DNA of 45,341 nucleotides, taken from Methanobacteriota archaeon. GTDB lineage: Archaea; Halobacteriota; Methanosarcinia; Methanosarcinales; Methanogasteraceae. Within the stretch, counting starts at the first letter, position 1. Every line of letters begins with the position of its first letter. The notes under the pieces were generated by a model. The model saw only the letters and a list, made by a program, of their open reading frames with translations, searched no databases and had not been told where the DNA came from. The DNA lies in NCBI GenBank assembly GCA_048634345.1, contig JAIWAP010000002.1, positions 1 to 45,341 of the forward strand, written 5' to 3'. Shown here in pieces: positions 1 to 7,984 of this stretch. Position numbers and translations under genes: made by a program.

Positions 1-119
1 AAGCCCTCTTTGAACCCGATGATCACACGTTCATCTGTTTCATCTGCTGCTCCAACCGCACCCATCGATGCAACTGATAATATCATTACTGCTGCCAGAA
101 TCGTTATAATTTTTCTCAT
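1..119 (-). CDS. 5' end of a secreted-protein gene running off the left window edge
   Basis: Minus-strand ATG at 117-119 with a GAGGG purine run about 9 nt upstream. Translation MRKIITILAAVMILSVASMGAVGAADETDERVIIGFKEG shows a basic n-region, a hydrophobic core and a small-residue cleavage context. It is missing from the ORF track only because the window edge truncates it. The family cannot be determined from 39 residues. Confidence 0.4.
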   Translation of the reverse strand, partial: MRKIITILAAVMILSVASMGAVGAADETDERVIIGFKEG

Positions 120-132
120 TTTTATTCCCTCT

Positions 133-169
133 CAAAAAAAATTAAAAGATATGACGTGCGTCATATCTT
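133..169 (-). terminator. hairpin plus oligo-T terminator downstream of the 189-812 gene
   Basis: Near-perfect palindrome aagatatgac-gtgc-gtcatatctt at 146-169. On the minus strand it is followed by TTTTAATTTTTTTT (plus-strand A-run 134-147). It lies between the stop of the 189-812 gene and the start of the next minus-strand gene. Confidence 0.55.
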
Positions 170-188
170 GTCATTCATCATCCGGAGA

Positions 189-812
189 TCAGGGGTTTAC
201 CGGCGCGCCATCGCAGACTACCACATATGGCTGTGGTGGTGCAGTAAGTACCGTTTGACCATACACAAACACTAAGCTGAAACCGAAGGGGTTGAACATA
301 GCGTTTTCCTCGGTTAGTGTTCCTGTTGCGTCACTTATGGCAATTCCAAAAGGCGCTACCGCGTACAGATCTAAGTTGTTGGCGGTATCAGTCCATGCAA
401 TTGCGTAATGCGCAACAGGGGCGGCACCAAAAAAATCAAGCCAAAGATGCAAACCTTTGTGTCCTATATTAGCTCCACCTGCAAAGTCACTCGATCCTAC
501 ATCAGCACCTAATACTCCAATGTCCATATCGGCAGTTATTGGTACACCAGCTGCCATTGCCTGTGCCAACATGGAACGAACAGTGTCTTCGTTTGCCGCC
601 ACCGAGGATGCTCCAAGCCCCGATTGTTGAATCTCACTCATGACCATCTGAACCACTGCATCGGGTACATCGGCTTCCGGGACAGGTACTCCTGGTGTTG
701 GTTCTATCGGTTTGTCGGGCTTGATGGGGCCCCATGCTCCAACTGTAGCAGCACTCAGCATAATGCCCACGGTCACAAGTACAGCCACAGCAAATATTGC
801 TTTCTTATTCAT
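189..812 (-). CDS. secreted hypothetical protein (signal peptide, Pro-rich linker)
   Basis: 207-aa ORF. N-terminus MNKKAIFAVAVLVTVGIMLSAATVGAWG looks like a signal peptide, followed by PIKPDKPIEPTPGVPVP. Strong SD (AGGAGGG) 6-7 nt upstream of the ATG at 812. No recognisable catalytic motif. Confidence 0.6.
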   Translation of the reverse strand: MNKKAIFAVAVLVTVGIMLSAATVGAWGPIKPDKPIEPTPGVPVPEADVPDAVVQMVMSEIQQSGLGASSVAANEDTVRSMLAQAMAAGVPITADMDIGVLGADVGSSDFAGGANIGHKGLHLWLDFFGAAPVAHYAIAWTDTANNLDLYAVAPFGIAISDATGTLTEENAMFNPFGFSLVFVYGQTVLTAPPQPYVVVCDGAPVNP

Positions 813-908
813 GTTATTTCCCTCCTATTGTTGTTTGTTCATGTACTATGGACCCACAAGGGATCCAATCGATCATCCGCATTTGCGATCATACGAATCG
901 CGCCTGCG

Positions 909-984
909 GTCCTGCAGAAAAGCATATAAGCGAAGTCAGCGCATATATTATATGCGCTGCGGGGCTCCTGCAGCGCTTTTCTGC
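909..984. repeat. nested inverted repeat / palindrome upstream of the 189-812 gene
   Basis: Inner 23-nt palindrome cagcgcatata-t-tatatgcgctg at 937-959. It is flanked by outer arms gcagaaaagc (914-923) and gcttttctgc (975-984). Confidence 0.4.
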
Positions 985-1080
985 TTTACACATCATGCGC
1001 CACAACGCAGGTCACTCGACCTTTAGTTATGGTGCGATTAGATAATCGTTCCAGTGATATTTAAGAAGACATGAAACAAT

Positions 1081-1166
1081 GTTACTGAACTATGTTCAGT
1101 ACTATGTTCAGTAACTATGTTCAGTAACTATGTTCAGTAACTATGTTCAGTAACTATGTTCAGTAA
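1081..1166 (+). repeat. tandem 13-bp direct repeat array (ctatgttcagtaa, six units) preceded by one inverted half-unit
   Basis: Units at 1090-1101 (12 nt), 1102-1114, 1115-1127, 1128-1140, 1141-1153 and 1154-1166; the last five are identical. gttactgaac at 1081-1090 is the reverse complement of the gttcagtaac core that spans each unit junction. Confidence 0.9.
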
Positions 1167-1213
1167 CAGTGCTCCCTATATCTTTTTGTATGAACAGTAT
1201 CAGTATAATTACT

Positions 1214-1438
1214 ATGTCAAAGTGGTGCCGGATATTGGAAACCGTATTGACATACCTGAGGGACAACGATTGGGTTACGATCGAAGAGATTATCGAGCAG
1301 ATAGGACTTGCAAAAGAAAAGGGGATGAAAATACTTGATTTCCTATCTGAGTGCGATTTCATCGAGTTTGATACACCAAAGGAAAAAATCAGGAGCACAA
1401 ATTCAGCGTTACAGTTACTAAACATGCCGGACATATAA
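1214..1438 (+). CDS. small winged-helix-like DNA-binding protein (~74 aa)
   Basis: The ORF track gives 1169-1438 from an alternative start. The first ATG at 1214 yields MSKWCRILETVLTYLRDNDWVTIEEIIEQIGLAKEKGMKILDFLSECDFIEFD, a pattern typical of small archaeal wHTH proteins. It lies immediately downstream of the 13-bp array. Confidence 0.5.
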   Translation: MSKWCRILETVLTYLRDNDWVTIEEIIEQIGLAKEKGMKILDFLSECDFIEFDTPKEKIRSTNSALQLLNMPDI

Positions 1439-1439
1439 C

Positions 1440-1667
1440 TCAGATCTGTAATTCCATGCATTTTTTAAGATATTCTTGTCCTTTTTTGGTTATTTTATAA
1501 AGACCATCATGTTGTTCCACCAGTCCATGTTCCTGCAAGAAACTCAGATATTTGTTTGCGAGTTTGAAGTTCAGATTTGCTGCATACACGATCTTTGTTT
1601 TAGTGGCGCCACACATAACCACATCAAGGATGACGACAACAATGTCGAACTTACATCTACGTTCCAT
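1440..1667 (-). CDS. small archaeal wHTH transcription regulator (COG3432-like)
   Basis: Internal ATG (M18 of the 92-aa ORF) gives MERRCKFDIVVVILDVVMCGATKTKIVYAANLNFKLANKYLSFLQEHGLVEQHDGLYKITKKGQEYLK. This is the characteristic layout of the short archaeal winged-helix family. Confidence 0.6.
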   Translation of the reverse strand: MERRCKFDIVVVILDVVMCGATKTKIVYAANLNFKLANKYLSFLQEHGLVEQHDGLYKITKKGQEYLKKCMELQI

Positions 1668-1829
1668 GATATCACCACTTACACCGTTTTGATAGGAACA
1701 CGAAAAATTTCGTGCCACTTACATTATGACGGGGTATGTGCTATAACTAATAAATCACATTTAAAGCTTTTGGTTTGACCGGCTTTGGGACAAAATTCAC
1801 ATACACCCCTGCCTGCGCCAATGTGGTGC

Positions 1830-2830
1830 CACGTCGCCTATGACCTTATCCCACCCTTCGGATATCATGCGCCACAAGCTTCAGTCGTGTCTTAGTCTCC
1901 CATCCGCCGAATCAAGTCTCTTTCTTAGCGGCGCGCCAAATCGGCGCTTCACCATGGAATTGACTGTTTCCGAGATTGAAACGCATATGATATCCTTCTA
2001 ACCACCTTTGGGGGTCTACCCAGAGCAAATATTGCATATCATACCACCCCAGAGCCCCTTTGCTCTTGAAAGTTACATTACTGCGGGGTAGAAAGTATGG
2101 CGTGGCGTTATTTTCCGAAACCAGATTGGTAATCCATCTACATCCGTAAATACCATCTCCAAGAACGTTCTCCAGATTGGGATGGCAACCCGAGTGTCTG
2201 ATCGGGAAGCCTCCGAAAACATCGTAGTTTCTCCAATTGAGTGATCAGGACTTATGGACATTCCTGAAATCAGTTTATACTGAACCCTACACCCATAACA
2301 GCATAAGAGAACCCCCTCTTTGCAGATAAGTTCGATTCATGAAAACTATCGTCTACCTGCTCCTCGGTTGCAGACTTTGATTTCTTATGATTCTTCTTAG
2401 AATTCTGTTTTTGACGCTTATCTGCATAATTTTCCTTATTAGAGGCACTAAAACCTGTGCCGTCGAACGAAAAGGTCGTCTCTTTACCTTCTACACTTTC
2501 ATTGGTTATTACTACGATTTCGTCCAGAATTTTATTCACAGACTCTCGATCGTATCCGCGTTCTATCGTTTTGTAAGAAAAATGGCTGCTTATGCCCAAT
2601 TTCTCCCGGAATAGAAGCAAAAACCCTTCAGCCACTCTATTAGACGATTCCGTGTATGTTTGCAATAACAGTGTTTTGGCGATGTCGGCAGGATTGATTG
2701 GCGGTCTGCCAGGTCCCCGTTTTCTGGGCGACGTTCTTTCTGTTATCCGTTTATATGCAGCAATTCCCGCTCAGTCGTCCACCCCATACTCTTGATCTTA
2801 CTTATCGAGCTTTTAGTCGTACGTTAGGCA
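1830..2830 (-). pseudogene. decayed DDE transposase (IS5/ISH3-like), multiple frame breaks
   Basis: Minus-strand fragments in different frames: KRGPGRPPINPADIAKTLLLQTYTESSNRVAEGFLLLFREKLGI...FSFDGTGFSASNKENY (first-Asp DxTGF block, 2270-2780) and ISETVNSMVKRRFGAPLRKRL (C-terminal block, about 1921-1985). Stops and frameshifts separate them. The family subgroup is uncertain. Confidence 0.55.
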
Positions 2831-2988
2831 CGCAAAAACGAAAAATGTAAATGGCATATATCCAAGACTTGATATTTTAATCGCTCATGCGAAAATGCCT
2901 CCGAAAAAGGCAAACCCACCAGTAGATATATGAAAAGCCAGGCTCATTCCGGCGTTTATACCACCAAACATTCGGTCCCAATCCCCCA

Positions 2989-4355
2989 TCAATATGGTGA
3001 GGGATCTTTAAGAATGACCGGATAGTCTCTTTCAAACCCATAAAGCAATGCTGTAAGGATGTCTTCCATCGAATCAAATTTAAATCCAAAAAATAAAGAC
3101 CTTATCTTCTCCCAGAGACTTCTTTTACTTCCCAACTTCTCCCAAACGGATCGAAATAGCTGACAGGCGTGTTGCTGCGCCCGATCAACCAAAAACGCCA
3201 GCATCATCAACGTAGCGAAAACAACTGATAGATTCGCCTTTCCATGTCCATAGTTGTGCTCAAAGTGATATCCTTGATTTTTGAGCGTGTTAAATGTCTC
3301 ATTCTCAATTTTCCAGCGTGCTCTACCACCACGCATGATTTTAGAAACATTCTTTTCGGTTACCGGTATATCCGTGACCCAACTGAAATGCAACGTTTTT
3401 TTGGGTGTAGTTTCCCAGTATTCTACAAAATTCACCAACAAATCTTGGTTAGATGCGTTCAAAGGGACTTGATTGATAAAACGGAACTTATAAACAGTAT
3501 CCTCATCTTTATATTCAATTTCTGTTGTTAAACCATCTTTCACAGCAGACTCGACATAATCGAATAAAAAGGCGTGGTCACCTTTCTTCGCCCCTATAAT
3601 ATAATGCAATTGATGTTTTTCCAATTCATGGATGTGCGGAGCATTTGAATTTAATGAGTCTTCCGTTACAATCAGGCGTAAACGCGGATGCACTGCTCTC
3701 AATTTCTCAAAAAACGCTTGCCGGCATTGCGTTCACAATCATTCTTCGTTTCACCATCTTGTTTGATGATCGGCTCTGGTGCTAACGGTATTACTTCCCT
3801 GAACTCCGGGTGAACGATCGCGGCACCTAGCATCTGATGGTAATATGTAATTTCCCCGGTTTTTGAGTTTATTTTCATAGAACACTGATCGCAATGGACG
3901 GTATTTGAAGAGAAATAGCCCGTACCATCTACAGAAAGCAGATAACACCCGTTCATAAAGACCATTTTTTCTAAAACCTTTCCTCTTTGGAGTTGACCAA
4001 AAACATGCTTAAATATGGGACCTATGCAGTCTGGATCCACCCCATCCAGGATCGTGCGCATCTGGGAATCGCTGGGTATGGCACCTATCTTGTATACCGT
4101 CTTCAAATTAGTATCTCCAGATTGCCGCTCTTCAAAAGCAAGTAAAGAAGGATCCTTAAGGGAAAACATGGCAAAAGCTGACATAAGTGCATCAGCTAAG
4201 GGAATCTCGATATCCCCTATCCGATGATCTGGTATTCTCTCAAAACTCGTGCGAACGCTGCTGAATAATGCGTCAGCGTTCAAATCCTTCCGAAGTTTCA
4301 CTTTTCTTTTGCTCATGCATGCAACCATCCATTGAGTTCCAAATTTGCTAAACAT
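2989..4355 (-). mobile_element. DDE transposase gene (IS4/ISNCY-like) split into two ORFs by a frameshift near 3702-3733
   Basis: ORF 3699-4355 (LLSVDGTGYFSS, a DDE first-Asp context) and ORF 2989-3702 (IVTEDSLNSNAP..., RWKIENETFNTLKNQGYHFEHNYGHG) read as one protein if a 1-nt shift is allowed. The two frames overlap only within 3702-3733. IS ends and TIRs could not be located. Confidence 0.7.
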
Positions 4356-4691
4356 TATTTGGGATTGTTCTTTGTATTACTCTACGATGTGCATAAATGT
4401 TTACGAAAGTATAGAGAATCGACCCTTCGTCCGCATGCGTTTACAGACACACCGGGAATTGCTGTGTGACAGCCCCCGGGGGAGTGCATGATTCTTGTGT
4501 AGGGGGGTGTTTCGCAACAAGTCTATGACAAATGTCTGTGCAACAAGGCGGTCAACTTGTTGAGCGTCATGTCAAAATTCTGATCGTTCCGGATATCCGG
4601 ACCATAGAGCAGTAGAGACGAACTCGAATCAACAACAACATCGAAACAACGCTATCGCCCAATAACTTTACAGCCATTTGTATTCATGATA

Positions 4692-4729
4692 TTTATATAC
4701 AATCGCGATAAATATCCTTCGGGAGGTGA
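4692..4729 (+). promoter_or_regulatory. TATA box plus Shine-Dalgarno for the small 4736-4825 ORF
   Basis: TTTATATA at 4692-4699, about 37-44 nt upstream of the ATG. GGAGGTGA at 4722-4729, 6 nt upstream of the ATG at 4736. Confidence 0.45.
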
Positions 4730-4735
4730 ACGAAA

Positions 4736-4825
4736 ATGGAAAATATAATAGATAGTGTCGGGACGCTCATGATTCTCGCATTGGTGGTATACGTCGGCAC
4801 CATGCTTCTGGGTGTCCTGTCATGA
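4736..4825 (+). CDS. 29-aa hydrophobic micropeptide (single predicted TM helix)
   Basis: ATG 4736 to TGA 4823-4825 translates to MENIIDSVGTLMILALVVYVGTMLLGVLS. It is below the ORF-track length cutoff. It is supported by the canonical TATA and SD spacing described above. Confidence 0.45.
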   Translation: MENIIDSVGTLMILALVVYVGTMLLGVLS

Positions 4826-4827
4826 CT

Positions 4828-4885
4828 CAAAATAAATTTAACCACGGAGATTGCAGATTGTGGCTCTGCACGCTCCGCGGTTAAA
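4828..4885 (-). terminator. hairpin plus T-rich tract downstream of fsr (between convergent genes)
   Basis: Arms tttaaccacggag (4837-4849) and ctccgcggttaaa (4873-4885) match at 12 of 13 positions. On the minus strand the hairpin is followed by TTTATTTTG. Confidence 0.4.
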
Positions 4886-4895
4886 TACGGTACCA

Positions 4896-6824
4896 TCACA
4901 CCTGATCCAGAACCTCTTTGATGAACCTGCCCTCGCCGACGTTCTTCATCACATTCCCGAGCCGCTCTCTGCCCGGCTTTGTCTTGTACTTGACAAGCGT
5001 CTTTGCAACAGCATCGATTAACCCGGGAATCTCCTCTGTCGTACAGAACGACTTTAAGAGTATCCCGTCAGAAGGTCTTCTTGCATCGTTTGCGCCGATC
5101 CACATCGTGTATCCGCGCTCCTTCTCGATTGCAGCCTCGTGCGGGCAGCCCCTGATACACCAGCCACAGTATACGCACTTGTCCTTGTCAATTACTGCCT
5201 TTCCAAGAACGATTGAGATCGCATCGACCCTGCAGAGTTCGGCACAACGCCCGCAACCGTTGCACTTCTCTGTGTCGATCTCAGGGCGCACCTGCCCGAT
5301 CAGACCGACGTCGTGGCGCTTGGCTCGCACACAGTCGTTAGCACAGCCCGCGATACCGATCTTCATCTTGTGCGGCGTCAGTCGCTGAGCAAATGCCATT
5401 GTGAGCTCTCCTGAGAGTTTCTTGGTCTCGACAAGCCCTTCCGTGCAGTAATCCATGCCGACGCACGATGAGACATAGCCCATCCCGATCGTTGCAAGCC
5501 CGCTCGCATAGATCTCGCTCATCAGTTCGTCCACGTTCGTGCCAGGAACTCCCTGAATCTCGACGCTCTGTCGTGTTGTAATCTCAAACGTCCCATCGCC
5601 GTACTTCTTAGCAAGTTCAGCAGATTTCGCAAGCTGATCTGCGCCGATGAGTCCTGCGTTGGTCTTTATCTTCACAAAGAACGTGCCCTTGGTCTCGCCC
5701 ATGACGCCGGGGTAGTCGGACGCCCAGTAGAACTTGACCTTCTTTCCTTCACCGAGCCTACGAGCGAGTTCCCATTTGAACCGCTGCATCTTCAAGCCCG
5801 CAAACTCCTCGATTCGGTGGAGATCGATATCCGACTTTGTCTCGATGTATCCTGCTTCCTCTGCCGCTTTGATCAGCTCTACGCCTTTTTGCGTCCTTCC
5901 CATGAGCGTCGTCCAGCCCTTGCCAGAGCCCATGTATCCTGCCGAGATGTCAGAGAGTTTGGAGACTGCATCCCTGCATATCACGCAGCCGTCCTGAACA
6001 CAGCCCGCATTCCAGAGATCATTGAGATCAAAACCGTGTTCGCCGGAATCGGTCGTCACAACCAGTTCGTCGAGATGTATGGCGGCTCTTCTGACCTTAC
6101 CGAGGTCCACACCCTTCTCTTGCATGAACACTGCCAGCTTGTCGTAGTTGAAGTTCTCGGTGCAGAACAAGCCGATGACGTAAGCGATGTTCGGAACCTT
6201 GATCTTCTCGCCGTTCTCGCCGACCTCAAAGCCGTGCGACATCATGCCCGGGAAGAACTGGGTCTTCCGAACCCCGTATACATGGCATGGCAGCCCGACA
6301 ACCGCGGCATTCGTGATGTCGCCCGCGTCCTTGATCGCTGAGAGCACAGGAATTGCGGAGTATTTCGAGCCAGCAGAATCGAGCAGTTCATCCTTTGACC
6401 GAACAACGCGTGAACTCGGTTTTCCTGCGTCGCCGGTTGCGATCACGCCATCGATCAATCCATTGTCCATACAGTACGAGAGAAGAGCGGTCACAGCGCC
6501 GCCGTCCTGTCCAGCCTCCAGTACCGCAGGATCGGTCGCCCGTGCAGCCACAAGCGTTTCGTACTGTCCGAGCAGCGCCGGTGGTTTTGCTTTGAAACCA
6601 AAGATATTCGGACCGATCTTTGATGCAAAGGTGACCACGCGCTGGCAGACGTCCTTACAAGCGCCCTGCCCGTTTCTCGGACACTCTTCCTTCAGTGCGG
6701 GACCGTCTTCCCGAAACTCAATTCTGTCGTTCGGACAGACCGCGGCACATGCGCCGCAGAATGTACATAATCCCGCGTCGACGACCTCGTCTCGCAGGAA
6801 CCATTTATATTCTTCGTTTGTCAT
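4896..6824 (-). CDS. fsr: coenzyme F420-dependent sulfite reductase (FrhB/FpoF-like N-half fused to a siroheme sulfite reductase C-half)
   Basis: 642 aa. N-terminus CTFCGACAAVCPNDRIEF plus the FrhB-type body. The C-half has a NiR/SiR fold with GCANDC and two ferredoxin-type clusters (CNGCGRCAELC, CVYCGWCIRGCP). This is the two-domain architecture of Fsr. An SD-like GGGG lies about 10 nt upstream. Confidence 0.85.
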   Translation of the reverse strand: MTNEEYKWFLRDEVVDAGLCTFCGACAAVCPNDRIEFREDGPALKEECPRNGQGACKDVCQRVVTFASKIGPNIFGFKAKPPALLGQYETLVAARATDPAVLEAGQDGGAVTALLSYCMDNGLIDGVIATGDAGKPSSRVVRSKDELLDSAGSKYSAIPVLSAIKDAGDITNAAVVGLPCHVYGVRKTQFFPGMMSHGFEVGENGEKIKVPNIAYVIGLFCTENFNYDKLAVFMQEKGVDLGKVRRAAIHLDELVVTTDSGEHGFDLNDLWNAGCVQDGCVICRDAVSKLSDISAGYMGSGKGWTTLMGRTQKGVELIKAAEEAGYIETKSDIDLHRIEEFAGLKMQRFKWELARRLGEGKKVKFYWASDYPGVMGETKGTFFVKIKTNAGLIGADQLAKSAELAKKYGDGTFEITTRQSVEIQGVPGTNVDELMSEIYASGLATIGMGYVSSCVGMDYCTEGLVETKKLSGELTMAFAQRLTPHKMKIGIAGCANDCVRAKRHDVGLIGQVRPEIDTEKCNGCGRCAELCRVDAISIVLGKAVIDKDKCVYCGWCIRGCPHEAAIEKERGYTMWIGANDARRPSDGILLKSFCTTEEIPGLIDAVAKTLVKYKTKPGRERLGNVMKNVGEGRFIKEVLDQV

Positions 6825-6885
6825 AATATTCGCCCCTTGTAGAGTTCTGTTGCATATTATGCTTAGGTCTTTTCGTTGTTCACAC

Positions 6886-6943
6886 CCCTATATAAAGATT
6901 TCGTAATACCGTGACGGATTTCGTTACACAATATTTTTATACC
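6886..6943. promoter_or_regulatory. divergent fsr / lrp promoter region with two TATA-like boxes
   Basis: ctatataaag at 6888-6897 and tttttata at 6935-6942. The second box ends 22 nt before the ATG at 6964, which is compatible with a leaderless or near-leaderless lrp transcript. Confidence 0.35.
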
Positions 6944-6963
6944 GTCGAGACATAGTGATAATT

Positions 6964-7482
6964 ATGGAAGATCATCGCAACCATGGAATCAAGTGCTGGA
7001 GAAAGGAGTCGTGTGAGGGTCTACTCGAAACGCTTGCAGTCGATGACATGGACATGAAGATCATCCGGATATTGAGCGAGAACGCGAGGATTAGTAATGT
7101 CGATATCGCAAACAAGATCGGTGTGAGTGAGGGAACGGTCAGACGAAGAATTGCCGAGATGGCTAAAAATAAGGTAATCGAAGGTTTTATCTTACTTCTT
7201 GATTGCAAAGAAGCGGAGAAGTGCGTTAAGGCGTTCATAAGTATGGAAATTGCTGATCCGAACCTGCAGGGCGTTGCGGATGAACTGCTCAAGGATCATG
7301 AACGGATCATCGCCCTATATCGCACAAACACACGATTCAATCTGTTATGCGAGGTCATGTTCAGGTCTATCATTGAATTGCAGGAGTTTATCGACAGATG
7401 TCGTAAAATCGAGGGCATTGTAGATTCGGATGTGAAGATGGTAATCGGATCGTACAAGAAATGCCTGTGGACCGGGATATGA
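6964..7482 (+). CDS. Lrp/AsnC family transcriptional regulator
   Basis: MDMKIIRILSENARISNVDIANKIGVSEGTVRRRIAEM is an HTH_AsnC motif, followed by a RAM/AsnC_trans_reg-like C-terminal half. The start is ambiguous: GTG 6955, ATG 6964 or ATG 7048. Confidence 0.8.
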   Translation: MEDHRNHGIKCWRKESCEGLLETLAVDDMDMKIIRILSENARISNVDIANKIGVSEGTVRRRIAEMAKNKVIEGFILLLDCKEAEKCVKAFISMEIADPNLQGVADELLKDHERIIALYRTNTRFNLLCEVMFRSIIELQEFIDRCRKIEGIVDSDVKMVIGSYKKCLWTGI

Positions 7483-7511
7483 TTCACATAAATAACTGGG
7501 ATGTATAACTC

Positions 7512-7961
7512 CACTCCTCTCGCTCGTCGCCGATCTCAACGACGCCGCGTCCTTCCGGGTAGGTAGAAGAAGACATCCGCCATCGCTCGCGTTGGATTTC
7601 AACGCCTCACCGGGTTGCAAGAGTGATGTGTGCTGCCGGGATCTGCCGGGTATCATGGATCATCGATACATGAAAGTTGTCACGGGTTTGAGGATACGGG
7701 AGCCGATCTTGCATCAACGATCTTCATCATAGCACTCCTTTCGTAAACTCCTCAAACCCGATCCTGTCGGTGAAGTCGCCGATCCGATCATTTGGCTTCG
7801 TATTCGCGGTGTAGTAGTCAAATACGCTCTGCGCAACCTTCTTCGCAACCCCAATCGACTCGACGTGGGGCAGTTCCTTCGCGCTCTGCCTGATTTGATA
7901 TCGCAAGATAGAGCCGACCCCTGTTGTATCTCCCTTGAAATGTACTTTGAAAACCTGCCAT
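7512..7961 (-). pseudogene. decayed second copy of the rbr-like / small sulfite reductase / cupin operon (collapsed by an internal deletion)
   Basis: Nucleotide-level similarity to 12166-12540 and 13390-13451. Examples: gccgatctcaacgacgccgcgtccttc at 7529-7555 versus 12181-12207, and the peptide tail RIGDFTDRIGFEEFTKGVL versus RIGDFIDRIGFEEFTKGVL. The cupin part has several frameshifts. Rbr-like codons 1-27 are joined directly to the last ~50 codons of the reductase near 7874-7882. Confidence 0.75.
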
Positions 7962-7984
7962 GTCTGTAGAATCCACCTTCTGCC

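Noticed and set aside
1081-1166. Tandem array as a possible CRISPR
   Set aside because: The units are 13 bp and directly abutting with no spacers, and no cas genes are present. It is a simple tandem repeat.
6187-6906. 239-aa plus-strand ORF (and the 4918-5388, 5817-6341 ORFs) overlapping fsr
   Set aside because: They lie entirely antisense to a gene with clear domain signatures. The translations are Ser/Pro/Arg/Ala-rich low-complexity strings typical of antisense frames in GC-rich coding DNA.
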